Below, in pieces: positions 14,021-23,488 of a stretch of DNA of 64,000 nt. The stretch comes from Marsupella aquatica (Eukaryota > Plantae > Marchantiophyta). Every line of letters starts with the position of its first letter. The stretch's first letter is position 1. Below the pieces are notes generated by a model that did no database searches, was not told where the DNA came from, and saw only the letters and a program-made list of their open reading frames with translations. The stretch covers positions 10,169,875 to 10,233,874 of the forward strand of contig OZ316891.1 of assembly GCA_973895155.1 (NCBI GenBank), given 5' to 3'. A program made the position numbers and the translations under genes.

Positions 14021-14124
14021 CAGACGTGACTATTCTGTACCTTCGCTATCGACGAGGTATTCTAGGTTGAGCCAGACGTGACTATTCTGTACCTTCGCTA
14101 TCGACGAGGTATTCTAGGTTGAGC
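14021..14124. repeat. Perfect 52-bp tandem duplication
   Basis: CAGACGTGACTATTCTGTACCTTCGCTATCGACGAGGTATTCTAGGTTGAGC occurs twice with no mismatch. Confidence 0.95.
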
Positions 14125-15389
14125 AAACAGGAGATTTTGATAGCAAAAAGAATGTTATTAGCGAGACACTAATGGTTTCAAATTTCGTTTGTTTTTTGGT
14201 GTCTTTTCTATTTTTTGTGTGCTTTTAAAGACTCCAGATGGCTAGCGAGCTCCCTTTAGCACAAAAGGGAGTCCCCAAAAGGGATGTTACCAACCAGGTA
14301 GTTGATAGCTAGGCAGTTGGATGTAGAAAAATAAGGGTCATGCAAAAATGTTTTTTGCTGGAGCAAGTAAAAATTTAACTGTTTTTTGGTCGTGCTGGTC
14401 GTGCAAGTAAACTGTTTGTTCGAAGGGACAGAGTCGTTACCCGATATCGACGGAGTAGACGACGACTCTGTCCCTTCGAACATCCCCTCAAAGTTACTGA
14501 CGGTCAAGTGACATGGCAATGCGAAACTGGCATAAAGCACAAATTGCAATAAACGCAATGAGATTGAGAGAATTTAATCTTTCGAGAAGACTGTCCTGTA
14601 CAGAAATGCAATTTGAAGTCAAGACAAGTCTTGCGAAGTGTCCTATCTGAACGAATGAGAGGCTGATATATTCACTGGGAACAGACCGGCACAGCCCCAA
14701 CTATGGACAGCAGACTGAGTTGCCATCTACCTCTACGGCCCTGTATACTCAGACTTCGACTATAAGAGTTTGTGAAAGACCAAACTCCGTGAATTTAACT
14801 CCCACTTTTATATTTGATACCATAAGAACTTTTCGAAAAGTCAACAAGTTTCATCCTCCGAATATTTACATGAGTTTTGATGCATTTTTATCTCCATATC
14901 TAGATTTCAGATCATATCAAAAACATATCCCTGGTCCTTCTTGTGAAACAATCTCAGACTTTTGTCCCGGTGAGTGGACTCCACTCGATCTCTCTGGAAG
15001 TGGCGTTGCTTTGTTGAGACGTTGAAGTTGGCTGCTCTATCAGTGGGTAATCACGCAGAAGAGAATCAACATTTGTACAGCTTCCACAGGTACCAAATAT
15101 TTGCTGTGAAAGAAACAAAATTCAATCTCCCAGCATTTGTCGCATATGTGATATGAATCAGTCAACAATCACATGTTTCACTCTCTCAGGAAGCTAGGGG
15201 AGATATTGTGCTTGCACAGTACTCTGGACTCTCCCTAGTATATTGGAAAATATTGACCAGAGGACTGAAATGGTGCTTGTAAAGTGCTCTGTGAATAAAT
15301 CTTTGACGACAATTGAACTTTCTACTACCCTATTCTCGTCCATTGTGCTCTGTGGAGAGAATGCTGGAAAATTTTGGTGAAGAGGATCA

Positions 15390-16025
15390 TCAAGAAGGAT
15401 TTATCTGTGAAAGTATGACTCCGATTACGGACGTGAACAAGAGGCCAGGCAGAAGAGGACCTGCAGCGCGGTATGCAGGTCCAACTATGGGAAGTCTTTT
15501 GACCACCACATGTGCAAATATGACACCGAGGCTGCTTGCTGGAACATATACTGCGAGCTTATTGCAGGCTGTTATCAAACCCATGTCTTTGAATAATGTA
15601 GTTGCAAAGATTCTAAAGTCCTCCAAAGATACCACCAGCTTTCCTCCCTCAAACAACTTCTCTTTCTTGATGGTACGGTCGACATCCAGCTGTAGAGACA
15701 ATGAAAAGGAATAGTAAGAAGAACCTTCGAATTGATAAAAGGAAACAAATTACCATCATCGCCAGTATACGAATATCACGACTACCTGTGAAGGAGCTTG
15801 AGGTAACCACTTCTCTGTATATTTTACGATCACATCATCATCCTCTATTGCAGCGAGCTTTTCATACACCCGAATTGCACCATTGAGAAGCTGATAGGCC
15901 TGGAGGCCAGAAAATTTGTGCTGTGATAGTCTCATGCACTCCTCATAGCTTGAATCAACAGCAGCTTGAAAGGCTGACGATGTCTCCAGTGTCTCCTCGA
16001 ACTTCTTCGATGGAGTTCCTCCCAT
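15390..16025 (-). CDS. Small conserved plant protein of unknown function with C-terminal hydrophobic segments; 2 exons, 179 aa
   Basis: Exon 16025-15786 (MGGTPSKKFEETLETSSAFQAAVDSSYEECMRLSQHKFSGLQAYQL...WLPQAPSQ) and exon 15689-15390 (LDVDRTIK...LPIVGP...VIGVILSQINPS) are joined by a 96-nt phase-0 GT-AG intron. The MGxxxS start fits N-myristoylation. Confidence 0.8.
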
Positions 16026-18237
16026 CGCTGTCAAAGTGTCCTGCTTACGACGCGCCACAGTGAGAAGGGAGAAATTTACAGAAACTAAAATCATAGAAAC
16101 CACAGAAATGTCCAAGCACCTTCCTTCCCATCACGCTTAAAGGCTCCTATTAAGGACAGTGACGTATTTGCTCCAGACAGAATTGACCAGCTCAAAATGA
16201 ACCGAGAAATGAATAAGATATCAATTATCCGAACATTTCCTGCCATGAAAGGCTTGACTTCCTGCTATCAAACTATTCATTCCTGCACAGGTAGTGCTGT
16301 TACCTGCAGTAAAGTCCGTCTCTTGGCAATGGGTTCAAACTTCTGTGGATCTTCCTCACCGGTCCTGAGCAAAGCTGCAATCCGAAAAGACGATGACAAA
16401 ACAGGTTGCTAAATGACTAACTATGGTGCATGAATGACATAGGATGTCAAAGGTGATTATCGAGATTAGCTGCATTGGATCCTGCTAAGATGTTTTGTAG
16501 TAATTAGCAGCGCATGTTTCAAGTGCAAATCGATTAGCAACACCGTCCTTTGGTAACCGATTAAGCTTCAACTTTGAGAAGCTGGAGTTCTACACCCTCA
16601 GAGGCCTTAATTGGAATGATGCTGGCGTATGTGACACACTCTTGGTATTAGTAAGAGAAGTGTGGACACCTTCTTCGATTTTAAGATATCAATTGAAGAG
16701 ACTGCGAAGTGCCCATGGCTACATATCCAGCTGTCCTCTCTGTGTTTCGGGACCAATTGGCGACCATAGACCTATTAGTCGAGGATTGACGGATAGCAAC
16801 TCGATGCAAGAACGACTTATGTTAACCTCCACTTCGGTGTTATGGATTCTCCACCTTGGACGAATAATGACTTCTTCACCCAAAAACACAAATAACAAAG
16901 TGTCTGAACGTTGGATGTTTCCCTGTTCTCGTCCTCGGAAGGGTCGTCTTGATTCGCATTACAACAATAACCGACCTTTATCACGGCTATGCATAGTAAC
17001 CGAACAATCAGCACAAAAATCCAGCAACGAGTTCGTACCCAACGCCTTAAAGAAGACAAGTGCAACGCGGATCATACTTTGTTAATAGTCCGAAATTGCC
17101 CGAATCATGACACTCAGGCGGGCGCGCCGTCAGGAAGCTTGCTTTCCCTGCTTCCGTGCTCCTCTCCAATCAATTGATACACTCATGTAGTCGCGAGAAA
17201 AGGAACGAGCACGGTCGAAGATGTTTTAGGAAGCTCAATTCAACAATTTTACTCTTGGTCCTCTTTGCTAACGGCAATAATTTATTTCTCTTAGATAGCA
17301 ACCTCCACAAAGCACAAAATGCAGGCCTCAATTCTTCATCCAAGTATTTTCCCAAGCTGGTTGACAAGAAACTCAATTCAATAGAGTGAAATTTCAGAAA
17401 CCGAATAAGCTACGTGACATCTCGTGTCACCTATACATCTACCGATTACAAAAGATAAGCTCCTCTCCTCTCCTCTCCTCTCCAACTGAGTACGCACGCT
17501 GACTGGGGCCGCAGAATTACAAGATTAGGATAGATCCTACAAGGGGAACACACGACATGTCTAACACTGCAAATGCGCTTTCTACAGACATTTCTAACTC
17601 TTCGTGGCGTAAACTGTGAATAGTAATGACTGTTATCTCTCCGATTTGATTGTGCATACAAGCTTGAGCTATGAGTCAGCGTGCAGGCGGCAACAAACCC
17701 TGCCGACCCTGGTAATCGGAACGAGTAGGTAACACTCTCACAGCCTCCCATTCTAATCCTCTTTCATACCATGGAAGTTGTTAAAACAGGACTTATTAAT
17801 CATCAACAGAACTATCTAATCCGAACAGATGAACCAGATTAAAGACAACTACTACAAGGCGCGGGTGCACACCGGCATGGGCTATGCACCGACTATTTCT
17901 GGGAAACCACCACTCATTTGATTTGCAAACGAGTCATAGAGGATTGCGTATCTGCTGAACGTCTGGTTTGAAATTTCCGAGCGCTACGGTGAGAAAACAG
18001 GAAGCATTCAATTGCTCCGACCAGAAAGAGACGTTCAAAACAATCAGCGAACAGAAAACAGAGACCTAGAATCACAGTACTACTTATTCGAAGTGCAAAC
18101 CAAAATTTGCGATTACCTTCAAAAGATTTCTCGATGATCACCAAACCAGTGTAAGAACTCCGTCTCAAAATTTCTTGGCTAAGTTCGTCTTCCGTCAATT
18201 GGTTACTAGTCACTTCACCGTTTGCCTCACATGCCTT

Positions 18238-19004
18238 TGTCGCAACTTTCAACAACATGGATCGGCTAGAAATTGAATCTAGTAACCTCCCATGTACATC
18301 TCAGTGGAATTGAATCTAGTAACCTCCTGTGTACATCTTAGTTCTTCGTGCTCTACCAACCGGCTACTTTCAACAACATGGATCGGCTAGTAATTGAATC
18401 TAGTACCCTCCCATGTCCATCTCACTGGAATTGAATCTAGGAACCTCCTATGTACATCTTAGTTAGTTCTTCGTGCTCTACCACCCAGCCCTTCAGGCTT
18501 GCACATCTGTTGTTAAGTGTGGTTTATTTGGAACACCCTCCCTTGGGCCACACTTGCTTCTCTTGGTTTATTTGGAACACCCTCCCTCGGACCAAACTTG
18601 CTTCAAGAGAAGTGCTAGGAATTGAATCTAGGACCCTCCCACATACATCTTAGTGCACTACCACTACCACTGAGCTAGAGGCCCTTCATGCTTGCACCAT
18701 CTCTTGGTCAAACACCCTTCCTTGAGCCATCCCCTTGAGCCATCCCTTGAGGAGTGCACTGTTTCAAGAGATTTTCTGATGACCTTTGGCTATGATATCA
18801 TGTTGGAACTTTCAACAATATGGACCAGCTAGTAATTGAGATTAGCACCCTCCAATGTACATTTTAGTGATCTACCACTGAACTAAATGCCCTTCATGCT
18901 TGCAGAGTCTCTTATTCAAGTGTGAATCATTTCAAACATTCTCCCTTGAGCCACACTTGCTTCAAGACTATTCATGATCTTTGGCCCTGATATCATGTAG
19001 GGAC
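18238..19004 (-). mobile_element. Tandem array of degenerate TRIM/SINE-like units (17-bp TGT..ACA mini-LTR + PBS-like + tRNA-like cassette)
   Basis: 17-bp sites TGTCGCAACTTTCAACA (18238-18254) and TGTTGGAACTTTCAACA (18801-18817), plus half site TGTAGGGAC (18996-19004). Minus-strand PBS-like TGATATCATAGCC (18800-18788) and TGATATCAGGGCC (18995-18983). tRNA-like GGGCCTCTAGCTCAGTGGTAG...GGGTCCTAGATTCAATTCCTAG (18684-18615) with several partial copies. Confidence 0.7.
18615..18684 (-). pseudogene. tRNA-derived sequence inside the repeat unit (not a functional tRNA gene)
   Basis: A-box TAGCTCAGTGG and T-arm CTAG-ATTCAATTC-CTAG are present, but this copy has an internal GTGGTA duplication and the copies differ from one another. 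Confidence 0.65.
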
Positions 19005-20300
19005 ACATACAAAACTAACACAACATACCTTATGAAATGTTGTTGAATGATTCACTTTTACCTTGCAAAGAGATTTTCCAAACATAGAAACTCTTTCCTT
19101 TCTCATTTGACTACTTTGGCCTTTGTCCACATACACAACAGGTGGAGCTAATTCCTCATCATCATAGGACAATTCTACCAGCTCTGTCACATCTCTTACC
19201 TTTTGTTTCCCTTTCCTCACCCATGCAATAGGCTCTTCCAACAAGTCAATTGTCTCCAAATAATCATTCTTGGGAATCCTATGCCTATCTTTCAAAGGTA
19301 CATACTCACCAAGGGGATCACGAAATGTTACTCTCTTTCCAGGAATGACAGACTCTGTAAATAGATCATCAAAGCGTACAGACTTAAATCCATTAGATTA
19401 TGTTTTCACCTTCAATCTCTTAAAACAACTCTTTTGGGGTGAAAGCTCTGTTTCTGTACTCTTTGGTGAAGCTTCTTCATCATCTGCAATCTCAGAATCA
19501 GTATGATATCTTCCCCAACTGCCAGTCCTAGGTTTTCGTACAAAAACTTCTTCAATTTCAACCTTAGTCACATTGCATGGGTCAACTATACATTTCCAAA
19601 GACATGTCATTCTCGATTTTTCCATGCCCTGTCCATTTAATGGAATTATCCAGCTAGATGCAGGAATAAAAATCCCAGATCTCACCATTTCAATTAGTGT
19701 AGAAAGAAATGTGGCATACAAAGGTCTATCTGTCCTATACTTATACCAAACATACATTCTTTCTACAACATTTTTGTTAGTCAAAGTCACTCTGGACTTT
19801 AGATAAGCTCGCCCATAAATAGAATGTAGTTGTTTTCCTGCAATCACAACTTCATCAAAAATGTTATACATTGCATGCAAGAAATGAGTTTTACCCATAT
19901 CTTTCAAACAATAACCTATCATTCCTTTGAATGTATGCAATTGTCTATTACTCAAGGATTTGCACATCACTTTACCTACAGGAGTCATGTTCTTCACACC
20001 CTGCCAACCCATGTATTTCCTAACAAGGACACCAAACGACCTGGCAGATTTGATTCTGGCTCTTACAACCATTTGCATGTGCAAATGACTCTCTAACTCT
20101 CCTCTCTCTAGAGCTACTAGACCAGATAAACAATGCTCTCGTATTAGTGTATCCATCAAACTCAACTCTTCAGTATGCACATCTGCACCAAGATATCCCA
20201 CTGTAATACTGAGTTCCATCACACTGTCCATTAAAGAAACATCTCCTTGGATGATAGCACGAGCTTTATGTTTCAAAGAAGCCATGTTACATGTGCACAC
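18993..20300 (-). pseudogene. Replitron-type HUH endonuclease/transposase with one in-frame TAA at 19400-19398
   Basis: Motif I-like ELSITVG, HUH motif ERGELESHLHMQ and catalytic-Tyr motif LHTFKGMIGYCLKD (YxxK); no helicase domain. ORFs 19398-20300 and 18993-19295 share a frame, and the 34 codons between them are open apart from that single TAA. Confidence 0.85.
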
Positions 20301-20369
20301 AACTCACGAGAGGTTGAACAGATACAGTCACGTAGCTCAAACAAAATGAAATATAAATATCGTTTGTTT

Positions 20370-20660
20370 TCACAGTGAAAAAAACCTTGCCTTTTGACTC
20401 CACAACAGTTTCTTCTTCCCCTGTCTAATCTGTGGGCCGGGTTTTAATATTCTAAATGGACCAGCAAGTATTTTATGGTTACCTTGACGACAAATCACCC
20501 AACAAAACTCTACGTCTCTTACACAATGAGGGGTTATTGCTTCTATGTTCTCTAAAATAAAATTTCCAATGTTTGATGTTGTGTAAGGAGCGATCAGGTC
20601 TTCTGGCAATTGTGAGTCTTCTGGAAACTCTTCTAGCAACCGTGACTCCACATTGGACAT
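20370..20660 (-). CDS. Hypothetical 96-aa ORF or upstream exon associated with the HUH transposase
   Basis: ATG-initiated, same strand, ends ~70 nt before the HUH ORF. Protein-like composition (MSNVESRLLEEFPEDSQLPEDL...); no family recognised. Confidence 0.35.
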   Translation of the reverse strand: MSNVESRLLEEFPEDSQLPEDLIAPYTTSNIGNFILENIEAITPHCVRDVEFCWVICRQGNHKILAGPFRILKPGPQIRQGKKKLLWSQKARFFSL

Positions 20661-20724
20661 TAATAAACTTAAGACTGTTCAAAAGACAGACTAATAACTC
20701 ATGCACAAGGAATTGAGTTGAAAA

Positions 20725-21109
20725 CTCTAGGTTAGTGAATGACAATGTTACAGCAAAATGAACTGACCAGAGAAATGTTAGCTAAGCCGACACCTCTAGG
20801 TTAGTGAGCGATGACTTTTATTGCAAAAAGAACTGAGCCGAAAGCTCTGGGTTAGTGACCAAGATGACTATTACAACAAAATGAACTGAGTAGGAAGTTA
20901 ATCGAGCCGACAGCTCTGGGTTAGTGAATGAGACAAGAGCAAAACAATAACTGAGCCGATAGCTCTGGGTTAGTGAATGAAACAAGAGCAAAAAGATAAC
21001 TGAGCCGACAGCTCTGGGTTAGTGAACAAGGCAAGAGCAAAAAGATAATTGAGCCGACAGCTCTGGGTTAGTGAACGAGACAAGAGCAAAAAGATAACTG
21101 AGCTGACAA
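20725..21109. repeat. Tandem array of ~49-bp units (7 copies)
   Basis: Core CTCTRGGTTAGTGA at 20725, 20794, 20845, 20914, 20963, 21012 and 21061, usually preceded by GAGCCGANAG. Confidence 0.92.
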
Positions 21110-21158
21110 TGGTAGCACACAATGAGAGGAAAGTTAGGCCACATCCAACTTCAATCCC

Positions 21159-21393
21159 CTGCAAAGCAAAGGCAGAGCCAAGCAAAGAACCTGATCACTA
21201 AGACTTGAGACTCGGGAGCGATGGCAGCGCTGAGCACTGAGAAGTAAGAGCATATTCACTGAACAAGAAAGGAGCCGCTGCAAAGCGAAGGCAAAGCCGA
21301 GCAAAGAACCTGATCACTAAGACTTGAGACTCGGGAGCGATGGCAACGCTGAGCACTGAGAAGTAAGAGCATATTCACTGAACAAGAAAGGAG
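21159..21393. repeat. 119-bp tandem duplication
   Basis: CTGCAAAGC.AAGGCA.AGCC.AGCAAAGAACCTGATCACTAAGACTTGAGACTCGGGAGCGATGGCA.CGCTGAGCACTGAGAAGTAAGAGCATATTCACTGAACAAGAAAGGAG starts at 21159 and 21278. Confidence 0.92.
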
Positions 21394-22199
21394 GTACTGA
21401 ACTGAGAAAGGAACTCGGCTTAAGTAGCTATGCAGCAAGTATAATCTACTCCCCAGACTAAATGCTAAGGTTAGTCACTCGCCCAAAATATTAGCCTGAA
21501 GACCAGATTATACACAACGTTCACTTTTCCTCATACTTTCAAACTCCAAAATACTTGGAAACCTCCAAGATACATGGAAAGACTTGTTATACTAGCTCAT
21601 GGGATCTCACTCAACTAGTCTTAAGCTCAATTTCTGCTCGTGCTCCACTTTGACTCCCACCTCCAGATGGTCTAGGTGCATAAGAAAGCACTGCCCATCC
21701 AAGATATGAACACCTGAGCACTGGAGGTACAGCTCCCTCGACCCAAATCATCTCCAGGGTAGACAAAATCTCATACATCGATCAATCACTCAGTCGCTAC
21801 TTGATCTGCTTGGTAAGGCGATAAGAGAGTTTGCGACAGGACTCAAATGCTTGTGCCAATTTCAAAGTAGCGTCCGTGCTCAAAGACTAGAGCCCCCAAA
21901 AAACCATCATCCCTGGAAGAATTACACCATCACCAGCAACGTACTTTCACATGGAGCTTCCTCGGTGGCCGAAAGACAAATTGCCACGAGAGATGGTTCC
22001 ATAACTTGCCCTGAATAGAGTCTGTGCCAGATAGCAGTGACACACCTCCATCGCCTCCCTCGGCCCACCTCTTGAACATGGATCGCCTCCAAGGCACGAA
22101 GAAAGAGCGCAACTACTCCTGCATCAAAGAATCGTCGCCCACTCGACTTCTCTGTGTTTCTTCTGTGAATGAAAAGTGAATGGCATCTTCAAAAGGAAT

Positions 22200-23100
22200 T
22201 GAGCAATATCGAGAGGCAGCGAAAGCAAGAGCAGACATCAAGAGCGAGAGCTGAGAGCTGGGATCCGATTGAGTCCAGCACTATCATCGAGCAAGAGCAA
22301 ACATCAAGCAGCATCGAGCAGATCAGTAGCAGCAACATCGAGTCCAGCTATCGAGAGGCAGTAGCAAGTGAGAGGCATCAAGCATCGAGTCCACCAGCAA
22401 GCGAGTTCACCAGCAACGAGTCCACCAGCATCGAGCAGCATTGAGCCTCTTCATGGACAAGTTTTGCCTCCTCCACAAGAGCTCTTCGGAGCAAAGCTTC
22501 AGACAGAGGACCTACTGTACAGCCGCCAGCCAGCAGCGACCAAGCCATCGAGAAGAGAGTCAGCATCCTCAAGTCCAGCAGCGAGAGTCAGCATCCTCGA
22601 GTCCAGCATGCAGCCGTAGCCGCATCATCAAGAGTAAATGAGCAACAGCATCGAGAGCGCAGCAGCAGTGAGAGATTGAGTCAAGCAGTAAACGAGTCCA
22701 GCTGCAACAACATTGAGAGCGAACAAGTCAAGCAGCAGTCAGCCAGACGAGTTTGAGCAGCACTCTAACATCGAGAGCATTAGCCACCAAGTGAGATCGT
22801 GAGAACCAGCCAGACCCAAATCAACCAATCCGCATCGAGCTTTGAAACAACGTGGCGATGGTAGCAACGGCAGCAACGATCAATCCCAAGCCCAGCTCAG
22901 CTCGTGATACAGCAACGATCGAGAGCATCAGTGAGCAGCAGCGATCGAGATGAGCAGTAGCGATTGAGAGCATCAGCAAGCATCAATGAGCAGCAACGGC
23001 AGCAGCGATCAAGAGCATCAGTGAGCCCTTCATTGAGAACAAGAGTGAGAGTATCAAGAGCAAGTTGTGAGAGCAATGACGAACATGCAGCACCCAGCTC
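22200..23100. repeat. Low-complexity, strand-biased degenerate repeat tract (AGCAGCATCGAG-like)
   Basis: Dozens of CAGCA/ATCGAG/GAGTCCAGC words with a strong A/G/C over T bias on the + strand. Confidence 0.75.
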
Positions 23101-23371
23101 ACCTCCAAAATGTACGTTTTTTGAAAACGTACCCCTATACCCGCCTTGGATACCCCTAACCTTGGATACCCCTATATTATTCCTTGGGATCGTTGCATGT
23201 GTACCCCACGCCTTGCATACCGACACGTTATTCTTTATTGGATACCCCCACCATTATGTAATTTTATGCATCTAATTGGATGCTTTCACCATAATGTAAT
23301 TTATGCCTAAATATCTCCTACTTTTTGCTAGATGCCAAAAGAACTTGGCATGTTCCAGGATGAGTATGCTA

Positions 23372-23488
23372 TATAGGGACTTCCAACAACATGGACCAGC
23401 TAGCCATGTACATTGATGTGCTCTACCATTGAATTTCAGGCCCTTCATACCTGTATCATCTCTGGTTTGAGTGTGGTTCATTTCCAAG
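23372..23488 (-). mobile_element. Isolated partial copy of the mini-LTR/tRNA-like unit
   Basis: TATAGGGACTTCCAACA (17 bp) is followed by ACATGGACCAGCTAG..CATGTACAT..GTGCTCTACCA.TGAA..GGCCCTTCAT...GTGTGGTTCATTT, matching the units at 18238-19004. Confidence 0.7.

Larger units (their letters stand above)
19005..23310 (-). mobile_element. Putative Replitron (rolling-circle HUH transposon) body; boundaries approximate
   Basis: The HUH ORF is accompanied upstream by a 96-aa ORF, a 49-bp array, a 119-bp duplication, a CAG/GAG-rich tract and a terminal hairpin with short direct repeats. There are no host-gene exons in the interval. The termini cannot be fixed from a single copy. Confidence 0.55.

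Noticed and set aside
18615-18684. Functional tRNA gene
   Set aside because: It has an internal duplication, a poor anticodon arm, and sits within degenerate tandem repeats.
20725-21109. CRISPR-like repeat-spacer array
   Set aside because: The linkers are related to one another rather than unique, the context is eukaryotic, and there are no cas genes.
21660-22140. Decayed second long ORF on the minus strand inside the putative Replitron
   Set aside because: There are about six stops in ~160 codons, close to random expectation, and no recognisable motif, although all stops are TGA/TAG.
22169-23275. Ser/Gln/Glu-rich ORFs of 60-110 aa
   Set aside because: They are by-products of the low-complexity CAG/GAG tract and are open in several frames.
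18998-23380. TAGGGAC as a 7-bp target-site duplication defining the Replitron
   Set aside because: Both occurrences are parts of copies of the same 17-bp motif, so the match is expected without a TSD. It is kept only as a hypothesis in the findings.
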